UHGV virus genome: UHGV-0070450
Origin: a virus
DNA: 23,277 nt
Reading direction: 5' to 3' (one strand)
The notes below the pieces were generated by a model. It was not told where the DNA came from. It made no database searches and worked only from the letters and a program-made list of their open reading frames with translations. This document shows positions 7,421-17,383 of the stretch, in pieces. Positions within the stretch are counted from its first letter, which is position 1. Every line of letters begins with the position of its first letter. The position numbers were made by a program, and so were the translations under genes.

Positions 7421-7831
7421 GTGTGCGTTTCTCCTGCTCTATCCTGTTTGCCTGACTGACCAGCAAGGGAATTTCACTGATCGGCATATTCAGCAATTCG
7501 AAGGGATTAATGCGCCAGTAACTGGCGCAGTCAAAGAAGCGATCAGTGAGGTATTCAGCCGTCAGGCCTGGAGGAAAAAACCGGCCACAAGCCACGCCGC
7601 TGCATTCAGGTCTGCCGGAGACATCTGGTCGACAGAGCTTTGCGGCACTTTCGCCAGCCGCACGATGTATTTCGATACCACATGCGCCAGAAGTCTGACG
7701 GACTCATCCTGATTCATCTGGTAGGGATATCCCAGCTCGCGGACATCTTTCCCGGTGGGCTCATCAAACTCCAGTACGGAGAGTGTCTCGCCATGAGCGG
7801 TAATCGGTTTCTTTAACTCAAGCTCTTTCAT
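7413..7831 (-). CDS. Frameshift-extended tail assembly chaperone (P2 E+E' / lambda GT analogue) produced by a -1 slip
   Basis: A -1 shift at GGT TTT TTC gives the reading ...FFPPGLTAEYLTDRFFDCASYWRINPF..., which is the 60-aa overlapping ORF 7413-7595; it ends 8 nt inside the tape measure start. Confidence 0.5.
7562..7831 (-). CDS. Tail assembly chaperone (P2 gpE / lambda G analogue)
   Basis: 89-aa ORF between tube and tape measure genes, ending at a slippery heptamer. Confidence 0.6.
   Translation of the reverse strand: MKELELKKPITAHGETLSVLEFDEPTGKDVRELGYPYQMNQDESVRLLAHVVSKYIVRLAKVPQSSVDQMSPADLNAAAWLVAGFFLQA
7574..7580 (-). promoter_or_regulatory. Slippery heptamer T TTT TTC (programmed -1 ribosomal frameshift site)
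   Basis: Minus strand reads GCC GGT TTT TTC CTC CAG GCC TGA; X XXY YYZ pattern in the zero frame, 4 codons before the chaperone stop. Confidence 0.5.
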
Positions 7832-8187
7832 TACTGGTAATCCCCTTCTTCACCGTGGAACTCAAGATCAACCGTGCCTTCTTCGGCATTATGGTTCGCT
7901 TCGCCGTGCAGCCAGGCAGACGACAGTACATAGACCTGACCGTTCGCCAGCTCGGCAGTGATTGTCATCTCATCAGACGAGGTGATTTTGTTCACCGGAA
8001 AATTCTTCGGCACCTTGAAGGTCCCTTTGACATAAGGCGCACGGTGAGTTTCCTTGCGGTCCACTGAGCCGTCCAGGCCGATGATGTCATCATTGACCGT
8101 CCTGTTCATGGGCACCTCAATGCCGCCGGTCAGCGATAGCTGCTGACCGTCAATTTTGAAATAACAGGTTCCCCCGATACGGGCCAT
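7831..8187 (-). CDS. Tail tube protein (Mu M / P2 FII-like)
   Basis: 118-aa ORF directly after the sheath gene (ATGA-type overlap at 8187), the conserved sheath-tube-chaperone-tape measure order. Confidence 0.7.
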   Translation of the reverse strand: MARIGGTCYFKIDGQQLSLTGGIEVPMNRTVNDDIIGLDGSVDRKETHRAPYVKGTFKVPKNFPVNKITSSDEMTITAELANGQVYVLSSAWLHGEANHNAEEGTVDLEFHGEEGDYQ

Positions 8188-9683
8188 TATGCAGACTCCT
8201 CTGAATACTGAAGACGGAACTGGTTAACCACGGCAAAGACACGCAACTGGTTAACATAGTCAGGCGGGAACAGCGTGTTCAGGCGGTTCGGATCGCTGGC
8301 ATCACGCTCCACAACCAGGTACTGCTTGAACAGTTCGTAGTTTTCCACGATCCCCGCACGCTCGAGCTGACGGTAGGTTGCCAGCAGTTCCCCTTTGATC
8401 ACCGCCGGGGTGACAATCGCCTGACCGGGACCAAAGCGGGTACCGTCACTGGCAAGCTTGTGACGCCCGTACTTACTGGTAATGACGGATTTCAGTTTGC
8501 GCAGTACATACGCGCTGGTATGCAGCGTCTCGCTGTCGAGGTAGCTGTTATCCGCAACCCCGTAAGCGTTTTTCCTGTACGTGGTGACATCACGCTGAAT
8601 GCGCAGTACCCCGCTTTCGACATACGCCGTTGCCACGCCATGAGACAGCAGGGTCTGTTGTTCGGTCATCGTGAACCGTTTCCCCTTCGGCGCAGGCTGC
8701 ATACCCACCAGCTCACCGGTCTGCGTGGGACGTGCCGGATCGTTGCGGATAAACACCGCTGCGCGGGCGGTACGGCTTGCCGCCAGCTCGTCGGCAGGTG
8801 TCTGGGTTTCTTTTTCGTACCCCGCCAGGGTAATGTGCTGCTGGTTAAACTGGTCACCTGCGGTCACCAGTTCTGACAGCGTACCGGTCTTTGCCGTATA
8901 CACATGACCATACAGCTGACGAGCATAGCTCCAGCGACCGCTGGTATCGTTCATCTCGGTCACCAGCGTGTTAACGGAGGCCGTGTCGTTGAACGGCAGA
9001 CCGATATAATCAAACGGCTCATCCGCCATTGCAGCCACCGCACCGGTGAGAACAGGAGCGCCCGTTCCGGCGGTACCCGTCGCCACAGCAATCTGTACAC
9101 CCGCTGGCAGCACTTCGCCCCCACCAAAGCCGTAGTAATTGAGGCTGACAGGAATTTCATTCCCGCAAAGCCCCTTATGACGCGCGGTCAGTGTGACCAC
9201 GCCTGCCGAAGATGAAGCCGTAAACGGCAGGGCCGGAACGGCATTGATGGCATCTTTGATACTGCTGGCAATCGTCGCGACGTTATCGCCGTTGGTCACC
9301 GGTGCCTGCACGCGGGTACGTCCCACATAAACATTCACCGTGCCGGTTTCGGTTGCTGCCCCGGTCACCGTCAGCGTAACCGTTGCCGCCGCGCCTGTGG
9401 CTTCCGGAACGGCAATCACATACAGCTCGCCAAACGGGTCAGTCTGGCGATAAGCCTCGACCATACGCGCCAGCTGACTTCCCGCACCACAAATCTGGCG
9501 TGCATAGTCTGCCGACGGCATCAGTACCAGACTGTTGGTAACAATCTCTGCACCGTTATTGGCATGACCAATCAGCAACGATGCCCCGCTGTCCTGTGCA
9601 GTATTCGCCGCCTGGTTATCCATTTCCGCATAAAACAACGGAACCAGCGTATTCGACGGAATGGTGTTAAAGCTTATCGTCAT
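8187..9683 (-). CDS. Contractile tail sheath protein (Mu L / P2 FI-like)
   Basis: 498-aa ORF; N-terminus MTISFNTIPSNTLVPLFYAE is typical of myovirus sheath proteins; position before tube gene. Confidence 0.8.
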   Translation of the reverse strand: MTISFNTIPSNTLVPLFYAEMDNQAANTAQDSGASLLIGHANNGAEIVTNSLVLMPSADYARQICGAGSQLARMVEAYRQTDPFGELYVIAVPEATGAAATVTLTVTGAATETGTVNVYVGRTRVQAPVTNGDNVATIASSIKDAINAVPALPFTASSSAGVVTLTARHKGLCGNEIPVSLNYYGFGGGEVLPAGVQIAVATGTAGTGAPVLTGAVAAMADEPFDYIGLPFNDTASVNTLVTEMNDTSGRWSYARQLYGHVYTAKTGTLSELVTAGDQFNQQHITLAGYEKETQTPADELAASRTARAAVFIRNDPARPTQTGELVGMQPAPKGKRFTMTEQQTLLSHGVATAYVESGVLRIQRDVTTYRKNAYGVADNSYLDSETLHTSAYVLRKLKSVITSKYGRHKLASDGTRFGPGQAIVTPAVIKGELLATYRQLERAGIVENYELFKQYLVVERDASDPNRLNTLFPPDYVNQLRVFAVVNQFRLQYSEESA

Positions 9684-9702
9684 CGGTATTCACCTTTTTA
9701 TT

Positions 9703-9837
9703 CACGCGCCGGATATCACCCGCTGCTTCACGGCGCAGCCAGTAGTTGTTCTCGTCAACATTTCGCCCTTCGGCGGGCAAAAGGTCGCCGCGGGCAGGAT
9801 CAGGAACTGACCGCCCTTTAACAGGTTTGACAAACAT
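9703..9837 (-). CDS. Small ORF between the gp37-like gene and the sheath gene (about 44 aa)
   Basis: ATG at 9835-9837: MFVKPVKGRSVPDPARGDLLPAEGRNVDENNYWLRREAAGDIRA*. Below the ORF-track size cutoff; coordinates approximate. Confidence 0.3.
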
Positions 9838-9845
9838 GAGGATCC

Positions 9846-10406
9846 TCAGGAAGGAAGGGTTATTTCGGTGTGATGTTCGATATCGCCGTCAGGCCCGTTA
9901 CCGGGCTCGAGATAATCAACATCAATCGCCAGCGTTTGCAGTTCATCCAGACTGTTCAGATCATCCTGCTGGCGGGTATCGTCTTCGGTCAGCTCGCTGA
10001 TGACCGAAAAATCGAACTGATAAATCAGCTCATGACGATTCAGATCCAGCAGCGTGCCGCCGTCATAGGTAATCGGGTTACCGCACGCCTCCGGGTTCCA
10101 GCCCAGCAGGGCCTTAAAGAGCATCTGCCGGACATCGTCCACCACATCATACGAGGCAAACTGACCGCGCTCATCACGCCCGTTACTCAGTATGACAACC
10201 ACGGAGAAACCCTCTTTCAGCTCCTGCCAGTAGTCGGTCTGGCTTTTGTTTTCTCCCGGAGAATCATCACCCGGTACAACATATGCCGCCGGGAGTTTCA
10301 GCTTTCCGACCTCCGGCAGATTTTTGAACTGGGCCGCGCCTGCAACCCGGTTTTCAAAATACGGACAGCGGGCACGCAGTGCAGCAATAACAGGCGTCAG
10401 TTTCAT
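9846..10406 (-). CDS. Phage virion protein (Mu gp37-like; tail completion/terminator candidate)
   Basis: 186-aa acidic ORF between head-completion genes and sheath; family assignment by position and composition only. Confidence 0.45.
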   Translation of the reverse strand: MKLTPVIAALRARCPYFENRVAGAAQFKNLPEVGKLKLPAAYVVPGDDSPGENKSQTDYWQELKEGFSVVVILSNGRDERGQFASYDVVDDVRQMLFKALLGWNPEACGNPITYDGGTLLDLNRHELIYQFDFSVISELTEDDTRQQDDLNSLDELQTLAIDVDYLEPGNGPDGDIEHHTEITLPS

Positions 10407-10909
10407 CTGTGTCGTCGCTCCGGCTTCAGTGATTTACGCAATTCCCGCGCCAGAAAATAGCGTGTCCAGCTGCGGTTCTTTTCAAGCGTTTCCACCATGA
10501 AGTTATTACGTGGAGCCAGTCGCCAGCCGCTGCCACCGGATGCACCACGATGATGGCTGCGACGACGCTTTGCCCCTCGCCTCACACCATAGAACAAAAA
10601 AGCCGGATAAAAATCACCGCTGATACGGCGGTTTCCCTCTCCATTACGCTGGTTAGGGGCTATACGTGCCATAAAACCAGGGCGATGTTTACTGGCTCTG
10701 GGTACCATGTAACCAATCGAACGAGCCAGGCGTCCGGTCTGATAACCGGGGTTTTCACCCGGTGCCGACCGCGCACGGCGCATCACCAGCCGACGGGCAT
10801 CACGCATATGACGCTGACCAATCGTGACAAACGCCCGCCGGACACGGGCGCGGTTAAAGCGCATCTCCGCGGGCTGCTGAAAATCAACGTGCAAAAAGGA
10901 AGTCGTCAT
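10403..10909 (-). CDS. Basic phage virion morphogenesis / head-tail completion protein
   Basis: 168-aa, Arg-rich ORF overlapping neighbours by 4 and 26 nt; position between head closure and tail genes. Confidence 0.45.
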   Translation of the reverse strand: MTTSFLHVDFQQPAEMRFNRARVRRAFVTIGQRHMRDARRLVMRRARSAPGENPGYQTGRLARSIGYMVPRASKHRPGFMARIAPNQRNGEGNRRISGDFYPAFLFYGVRRGAKRRRSHHRGASGGSGWRLAPRNNFMVETLEKNRSWTRYFLARELRKSLKPERRHR

Positions 10910-11294
10910 TGTTGCCTCCGTGACTCTGCCTACATTCGCCCAGCTCCGTACACTCCAGCAGCAGAAAGCGCCGCGCCCCGTTCAGATCGCGCTGACGTTT
11001 CACCCGGTACACACTGTCACCGCAGACCACCTCATAATCAGCGGTGATCCCCCGGCGATAACGAATGGTGATGTAATGGGTGATGGCGTCCCCTGTCTGC
11101 GCGGTTTCCTGCCAGGTGGTGGCACTGGTCTGGATAACCTTCGCCCATGTCCGGAACGTAACCGGGTATTGAGGCTCCACGCCAAAGTTATCCGCGGGCA
11201 TATCCACCCGCAGGCGGATCAGGACGCGTTTATTCAGTTCACCGGGGTCCGGCAGAATGTAGGTTGCGCTGGTCTGCGCCTGACGAATTTTCAT
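10884..11294 (-). CDS. Head closure / head-tail adaptor protein
   Basis: 136-aa ORF immediately after the gp6-like connector gene (ATGA overlap at 11291-11294). Confidence 0.5.
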   Translation of the reverse strand: MKIRQAQTSATYILPDPGELNKRVLIRLRVDMPADNFGVEPQYPVTFRTWAKVIQTSATTWQETAQTGDAITHYITIRYRRGITADYEVVCGDSVYRVKRQRDLNGARRFLLLECTELGECRQSHGGNNDDFLFAR

Positions 11295-11614
11295 TGCGGA
11301 AAGTACCTGTACGGGCCGACAAGCCAGCCAAAACTCTGCGGCATGTCGAGTTTCTCCACTTCCGTAACCGACGAGCGGTTTTCGTAAAAATGGCTGATAA
11401 GCATCAGCATCCCCAGACGAATATCATCCGGCAGGTGCAGCCCGTCCGGATCGCTGTCCGGAATGGTTTCATCCGGTGCATAGAGCTTCCGGTTCAGATA
11501 CGTTTCCGTCCGCTTTTGTGCCGCACAGGCCAGCAGTTGCAGATGGCGGTCATCAGCATCGAAATCCTCATCCAGCCGGAGTTGGGCTTTAATCTCTTCC
11601 ATTGTCAGAAGCAT
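11291..11614 (-). CDS. gp6-like head-tail connector protein
   Basis: 107-aa ORF; N-terminus MLLTMEEIKAQLRLDEDFDADDRHLQLL resembles the recalled gp6-like family start. Confidence 0.6.
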   Translation of the reverse strand: MLLTMEEIKAQLRLDEDFDADDRHLQLLACAAQKRTETYLNRKLYAPDETIPDSDPDGLHLPDDIRLGMLMLISHFYENRSSVTEVEKLDMPQSFGWLVGPYRYFPQ

Positions 11615-11616
11615 AC

Positions 11617-11817
11617 TCAGCCCTCTTTACTGGTCGTGGCTTTTTTCTCTTTTGCCGCTTTACTGCTTTTTGCACTGGTTCCGCGCTCTGCTAACCCGGC
11701 CTGAAGTGCAATCTCCTGCACCCGGGCAGGAAGCGCCCCGTCGTCATACTCACCGGCCCGAATGACCTCAACACGCATACCGTCCGGTGACCATTTCAGA
11801 TCTTGTTTCAGGATCAT
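11617..11817 (-). CDS. Small head-module protein, unknown function
   Basis: 66-aa ORF between capsid and connector genes; Lys/Ala/Ser-rich C-terminal tail. Confidence 0.4.
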   Translation of the reverse strand: MILKQDLKWSPDGMRVEVIRAGEYDDGALPARVQEIALQAGLAERGTSAKSSKAAKEKKATTSKEG

Positions 11818-11839
11818 GATTCTTCACCCGCCAGAACAG

Positions 11840-11859
11840 GGGGCGCGGTTCCGCGCCCC
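11840..11859 (-). promoter_or_regulatory. GC-rich stem-loop 7 nt after the major capsid stop
   Basis: GGGGCGCGG tt CCGCGCCCC, 9-bp perfect stem; no T-run after it on the minus strand, so more likely an RNA stability or attenuator element than a full terminator. Confidence 0.4.
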
Positions 11860-11866
11860 TGAGTGA

Positions 11867-13072
11867 TTACGCCGCTGCAATCTTCAGCAGTTTGATGGCC
11901 TGCGAATCGACCAGCATCCCGCCGGTGCGCTTGGTGGTATAAAAACCGACAAACGGTTTATTGGTGTACGGGTCACGCAGAATGCGGGTGCCGATACGGT
12001 CAACGATGGTGTAACCCCGTTTGAAGTTACCAAATGCAATGGCTTTCGCATCAGCGGCGATATCCGGCATCTGTTCGTTTTCAGCGATACCGTAACCCGC
12101 CAGAGAGGACGGCTGCCCCAGTTCCAGCCCCGGACGCCACAGATAGTTACCCTCGGTGTCTTTCAGCAGACGGATGGCAAACAGGCTGTTGTTGTTCATC
12201 ATGAACTTCGCGCCGGTGCGGTGTGCCTTACGCAGCGTGTAAATCAGTTTGATAATGGCGTCTGCGGTCACCGCAGTCGCGTCGCCGGATACAATATGCT
12301 GAAGTTTGCCGAACGCCCGGACCTTATCGGTTTCATCCGTGGATTCATACGCCAGGAACCCTTTCGGCTTCTTGGTACCATCGCCGGTGGTAAAGGCAAT
12401 TTCTTCCTGTTCGGCAAATTCGGTTGCCAGCTCGCTGTTGATCCATGCTTCCACGTTGAAAAAGGCATCATCCAGCATTTTCTGGGTGGCCTGCGGGTTA
12501 CCGTAGATTTCCCCCATGAAAGGTTCAATCAGGCCCAGTTTTGAGGTGGCAGTCTGGGAGCGCGCGTCAGTCTCGCCAACCCATCCGGAAGCCGTGCCGC
12601 CCAGATTCACCAGTTTTTTGTAGTCGGAACCACCAACGGTGATCACCGTGGCTTCCTGGCGCATCACCACTTCATCTTTCAGCAGGGTCAGAATGTTGCG
12701 ATCCAGCGCTTCCGGCACGGCATAGCCGCCGTCTTCATCGGTGCCCACCTGTAATGCCTTGCGCTCCAGATCGCGCAGACCATCTTCACGGCCTTTACGC
12801 AGGAAGCCCACAAACGCTTCTTTATGCTCGGTGGTCAGTTTATTTTGCGCACCACCTGCCGGACGTTTCAGCTCAAGCAGCTCTTTTTCAAGATCGCTTT
12901 TGAGGTTTTCCAGCTCGCTGAGTTTTCCGTTCAGGGTTTCCACCTGCCCGGCAAGCTTGCCTTTTTCCTGCTCAATCGCATCCACGCGCTTGTCGTTCTT
13001 TGCTTTGAAGTCGTCAAACTTCTGCTGCAGCTCCTGCGCGACCTGTTCGACATCTTTAATATCAACCGCCAT
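11867..13072 (-). CDS. Major capsid protein, HK97 fold, with N-terminal coiled-coil (scaffold/delta-like) region
   Basis: 401-aa ORF; first ~70 residues heptad-like (KLAGQVETLNGKLSELENLKSDLEKELLELK), remainder typical of HK97-type capsid proteins; follows the protease gene. Confidence 0.9.
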   Translation of the reverse strand: MAVDIKDVEQVAQELQQKFDDFKAKNDKRVDAIEQEKGKLAGQVETLNGKLSELENLKSDLEKELLELKRPAGGAQNKLTTEHKEAFVGFLRKGREDGLRDLERKALQVGTDEDGGYAVPEALDRNILTLLKDEVVMRQEATVITVGGSDYKKLVNLGGTASGWVGETDARSQTATSKLGLIEPFMGEIYGNPQATQKMLDDAFFNVEAWINSELATEFAEQEEIAFTTGDGTKKPKGFLAYESTDETDKVRAFGKLQHIVSGDATAVTADAIIKLIYTLRKAHRTGAKFMMNNNSLFAIRLLKDTEGNYLWRPGLELGQPSSLAGYGIAENEQMPDIAADAKAIAFGNFKRGYTIVDRIGTRILRDPYTNKPFVGFYTTKRTGGMLVDSQAIKLLKIAAA

Positions 13073-13086
13073 CGTATTTCTCCTGA

Positions 13087-13773
13087 TTAGAAGTTCAGAT
13101 TTTTCAGTGCATTCAGTGCAGAGCCCACATCCTCAGCGTCGCGCAGGGACAGTGCGCCATAGCCCCCGGCCATGAATGCTTTGGCCTGGGTACGGGAGAG
13201 TCCGACATCACGCAGGACTCTTTCGATTTTTTTCTGTTCGGGGATTTCCCCGCGGGCCAGTGCGTTCTTGACGTCGCTGATCCGCGCCTCGTCGTTAGAC
13301 GGGAACGTCACCAGGCTGACTTCCCAGAGGTCGATTTCTTTCAGCAGAAAGGCTTCTTTGCTCCGGTCGTATTCCCAGTCTTTCAGGACGTACCCAATAG
13401 AAAGGCCGGTTAACGAACCGGCCTTCATGTGTGCATGTGCGCGTTTTGCGAGGGGATCATCATCAATAAGCAACCGTCCCCTGACGTAAAGCCCGACATC
13501 GTCTTCCTTCATTTCGGTGTAAACACCGATGGGTTCATCCATGCGGTGCTGCCAGAGCAGCGCAGGTAACGCTTTTCTGTCACTCCACGCCCGCAGGGAA
13601 GCAGCAAATGCCCCGGACATCACCACATCATCGTGGCTGTCCTTTACACCAAAGACGGAGCCATACCCTTCAAACTCACCGGAGTCACTGACAGATTTCA
13701 GACTCAGCGGTACATCAAGACGTTGTTTCGTCTGCATTGGCGTTATCCTTCTGCTTACCGGCTTTACTGCCAT
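13087..13773 (-). CDS. Prohead protease (HK97 family)
   Basis: 228-aa ORF with EGYGSVFGVKDSHDDVVMSGAF motif region, between portal and capsid genes. True start may be an internal Met because the track start overlaps the portal 3' end. Confidence 0.85.
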   Translation of the reverse strand: MAVKPVSRRITPMQTKQRLDVPLSLKSVSDSGEFEGYGSVFGVKDSHDDVVMSGAFAASLRAWSDRKALPALLWQHRMDEPIGVYTEMKEDDVGLYVRGRLLIDDDPLAKRAHAHMKAGSLTGLSIGYVLKDWEYDRSKEAFLLKEIDLWEVSLVTFPSNDEARISDVKNALARGEIPEQKKIERVLRDVGLSRTQAKAFMAGGYGALSLRDAEDVGSALNALKNLNF

Positions 13774-14956
13774 CGGAGGGTTTCGTGGTCATGTTCATCG
13801 GTGTGAGATAGACATCCCCACCGGGACGCGGATTCATATCTTCCAGGTCGCGGCAGTCATTGGGAGAGTAAATTCCCCAGTTAATCCCGGTGGCGTAGGC
13901 TTCAAAACGGGACTTCATATCCCCGCGCAGTAACGCCCCGGCGTTAAATTTGGCGTAATAAACGCCCTGCTTACTTTTTCGTACCAGTCCGGTGTTGATC
14001 CGCTGTTCGATGCGGGTCAGATACGGCACCAGTGAATAGTTGATAAATCCCAGCCCCAGCTCTTCGATATTGTTGAAGGTGGCGCGATCGGTGTTCTGCA
14101 CCATGTGCAACGGCACCCGGAACAGACGACAGATTTCTTCAAGCTGAAACTTGCGGGTTTCCAGGAACTGGCTGTCCTCGGCGTTCAGCGCCATCGACTT
14201 CCAGTCCAGCCCCATCTCAAGGATCATCGGGCGGTGAGCATTGCCAAGCCCGGTGTGACGCTCCTCAAAATCTTTCTTCAGGCGCTCATAAGCCTGATCT
14301 GACAGCGTCTGCTCTGTACGCAACACACCCGACGTCACCGCGCCATTGCTGAACAGTCTGGCCCCGTGCTCTTCGGTCGCTGCCGCCAGCGATATTGCCT
14401 CGCGGGCATAGGCGATGGGATTCAGCCCCACCAGTCCGTCCAGCGTCAGCGTGCGCACATGCCAGATATCCTCCTGGCTCAGTACATCCGTGGAGCCATC
14501 CGGGAATGTGACCTGATAGACCGGCTCCCAGCTACTGTTAAGCTTCGGTACCACACAGCCGGGATCGACGGGCAGCAGTTCAGCCACTTCGCCAAATGCT
14601 TTCACTTTGTAGGCGTAAAAGTTTCCCCGCAGGCACAGACAGGTGACCACCAGCTCCCAGAACTCCTGCGGCGTCATATAGCCATTGGGATGCGTGGAGA
14701 TCAGCTTATGCAGACGTTCGCCAGTGGCTCTCTGCTTCAGGCTGCCGTTCAGGTGATACAGGTTGCAGGGCAACATCCCGACCGACTCCGCCAGCACCCT
14801 GACACAGGAAAAAACCGCCGTCAGTCGCATGGCCCGCTGGCTGCTGATCTGCTTTCCGGTATAGGTGTCGTAGGACAACCCGATAGCATCCGCCAGCTCT
14901 GCTGGCGTGGTCACCGGTGCGTCACTTTTTTGTTGAAATAATCCCGAAAAGAACAC
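13715..14956 (-). CDS. Portal protein (HK97 family)
   Basis: 413-aa ORF downstream of the terminase large subunit; size and order typical. Confidence 0.85.
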   Translation of the reverse strand: MFFSGLFQQKSDAPVTTPAELADAIGLSYDTYTGKQISSQRAMRLTAVFSCVRVLAESVGMLPCNLYHLNGSLKQRATGERLHKLISTHPNGYMTPQEFWELVVTCLCLRGNFYAYKVKAFGEVAELLPVDPGCVVPKLNSSWEPVYQVTFPDGSTDVLSQEDIWHVRTLTLDGLVGLNPIAYAREAISLAAATEEHGARLFSNGAVTSGVLRTEQTLSDQAYERLKKDFEERHTGLGNAHRPMILEMGLDWKSMALNAEDSQFLETRKFQLEEICRLFRVPLHMVQNTDRATFNNIEELGLGFINYSLVPYLTRIEQRINTGLVRKSKQGVYYAKFNAGALLRGDMKSRFEAYATGINWGIYSPNDCRDLEDMNPRPGGDVYLTPMNMTTKPSDGSKAGKQKDNANADETTS

Positions 14957-15138
14957 TATTTACCTCCGCCGACAGACGACTGTGTACGGTCGAGATATCG
15001 CGCCACCAGCCACGACCAGAACAGGCACAACGCCCCGGCAACAACAAACCCCGCCGGGGGATAAATCAGCCAGGCACCATACGCCAGCAAAAGCGCCCCC
15101 AGCACGCCCACCAGAGGCGCGAGAATCAGCATGATCAT
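14956..15138 (-). CDS. Small predicted membrane protein (two hydrophobic helices) between the terminase and portal genes
   Basis: 60-aa [52 protein letters not shown]...; GAGGT Shine-Dalgarno about 5 nt upstream; fills the gap exactly (12 nt after the terminase stop, 1 nt overlap with the portal start). Confidence 0.4.
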
Positions 15139-15149
15139 AATTACCTCAG

Positions 15150-16883
15150 TTAAAGCGAGCGGATCCCATAGGACTCAATGTGGTCAGACAGCGTGTCTTC
15201 TTTCTCGTACAGCATGGCTCTGCCAACCGCCATAATCAGCGCAACTGCACCATCGATTTTGTTTTCCGCCTGCTCTTTGACGGGCTTCACCACATCATCG
15301 TTACCCGGAATGGTTTTGCCGACCACGTTGCCGATACACCAGGTCATGATGGGATTGCCATCATGATGAAAGCGCCCCGATTCAATTGCCGCTTCCAGCT
15401 CTTTCATCGGGTCGGACATGTTGGTGTAGTTCTGAATGATAGTGATGGGGTTCAGGTCTTCATCAGCAAGGTCATGTGACAACCCGGTCGCCCCGAAGGG
15501 GTCGATGGGTGACTCACTGACCGGGCTGATTTTGTTCGCCGCTTTGGCCTCCTCGAGGATGTAGCGATAATCCACCTCCGCACCATCGGTAACGGTCAGA
15601 ACGCCCATTTCCACCCATTTCTGAAAGCGTTCGGCTGTCCGTCGATCTTCATTTTTCTCGACGCTGTACACCGTGTCATACGGTACCCAGAAACGCGGGG
15701 CCACACTGTAGTAATGCGTTTTACCGTCAATCTCGCGGGTATAAAGTCGCGCCATGCTGTTCATATCCAGCTTACGCGCCAGGTCAAAGGCCAGAATGCA
15801 CGGCTGCCCCTCGAACTGCTCAAGGGTCAGTGATTTATCCTCGCAGCTCTGCCAGCTCACCAGGTTGAAATACGCCGAACGCGCCGACACCCAGATATTG
15901 AGGTGTTTTGTTTTAAAGACGTTTGCCAGACGGGCGTTATTTTTCGCACGCTGCTGCTGACTTAACAAAAATTCGCGATAAACCGACACGCCAATATTCG
16001 GGTTAGCTTTTTCCAGCACCTGCGGGTCAGTCCAGTCATCGCCTTCGTCAACGGTATAGATGATCCCGAACAGTTCATCGTTGGGTACCGACCCGTTGAG
16101 CATCTCGATAACTTCCCGTCGCTTGTCGTAGCACGGCCCCTCAATGTTGTACCCGGCAGTAGTAATGGCCCACATCAGTGGCTGACGTCGCGCCCCCATC
16201 CCGGTAAGCATCGTGGTGTAAAGCGCATCGGTGGCGTGCTCGTGATATTCATCCACCACCGCACAGTGGGGTGATGAACCATCACCGGGGTTACCGATCA
16301 GCGGTTCAAACCGCGCGCCATCCTCCGGACGATTCATGTTTGAGGCGTTAACCTCAATCCCGAACGCTTCCGTCAGCATGGGTGTGCGTTTACACATCAG
16401 TCTTGCCGGACGAAAGACTTCCCATGCCTGTTTCTCCGTCGTGGCACCGGAATACACTTCCGCGCCGAACTCGTTATCACAGGCAAAACAATACAGGGCG
16501 ACACCGGCAGAGATTGCTGATTTGCCGTTCTTACGGGGGATTTCGGTATACACCTCCCGGAAGCGGCGCAGCCGGGAGCCTTTATTGACCCAGCCAAACG
16601 CGCAGCAGATCACAAAGAGCTGCCACGGCTCCAGCGTGATGGGCATCCTCTTGAATGCCCACTCACCCTTGGTGTGCGGCAACAGCTGAATAAATTTGGC
16701 GGCCCGTTCAGCCAGGTCCTTGTCGAAGCGGTAACGAAACGACTTACTTTTTTCCGCCATCAGGTCATCAAGATGGCGCTGGCAGGCCTGAATCACAAAC
16801 TGGCAGGCCACAATCTTTCCGCGCACGACATCCCGGGCATACTGATTGGCAGCATTTACGTTGGGGTAAGATTTCCGGCTCAT
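15150..16883 (-). CDS. Terminase large subunit
   Basis: 577-aa ORF overlapping the small-subunit gene by 4 nt; ATPase-like N-terminal half and nuclease-like C-terminal half by size and layout. Confidence 0.9.
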
Positions 16884-17383
16884 GATTCGATGATTTTCAG
16901 AAACGGGTTAGTGGCTTTCTTCTGCCCCGCCAGGCCAATCAGACGCTGGCGGCTGCTGGGGTCGAGTCCGAGCATTGCCCCCGTGCTGCTCATCTCGGAC
17001 TCCTGTTCTTTTTTGGCTGTCAGCTCCGGATTTTTGACCCTGCCGCCCATTGCGCCGGTGATGGTGTTGCCCTGTATGGCAATATTTTTCACAGCACGTC
17101 GCCAGAACTCATAGGCCACGCACCACCGCTCAAGCACCGCGAGGTCAGTCACGCACAGCAGGCCCTGACCGCAGAGTTCTTTGGTTGTCAGTTGCCACAT
17201 GATCGTGGCGAGAGGGAGATCTTCTTCAGCGAACCACTCCGGTGGCTCAACACCTTTGATGGGCGTAAAAACAGGTTCATCTTTGTTCAGGGCTCGCTTG
17301 CCGGGATTTCCGGCCAGCGCCTTGCGCGCCGTTGGCTTGGGGCGACGCCCGGAACGCCCCGCCGTTCCAGCCATATGCGGCAC
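16880..17383 (-). CDS. Terminase small subunit (P27-like)
   Basis: 167-aa ORF immediately upstream of and overlapping the large subunit gene; basic N-terminus. Confidence 0.75.
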   Translation of the reverse strand: MPHMAGTAGRSGRRPKPTARKALAGNPGKRALNKDEPVFTPIKGVEPPEWFAEEDLPLATIMWQLTTKELCGQGLLCVTDLAVLERWCVAYEFWRRAVKNIAIQGNTITGAMGGRVKNPELTAKKEQESEMSSTGAMLGLDPSSRQRLIGLAGQKKATNPFLKIIES

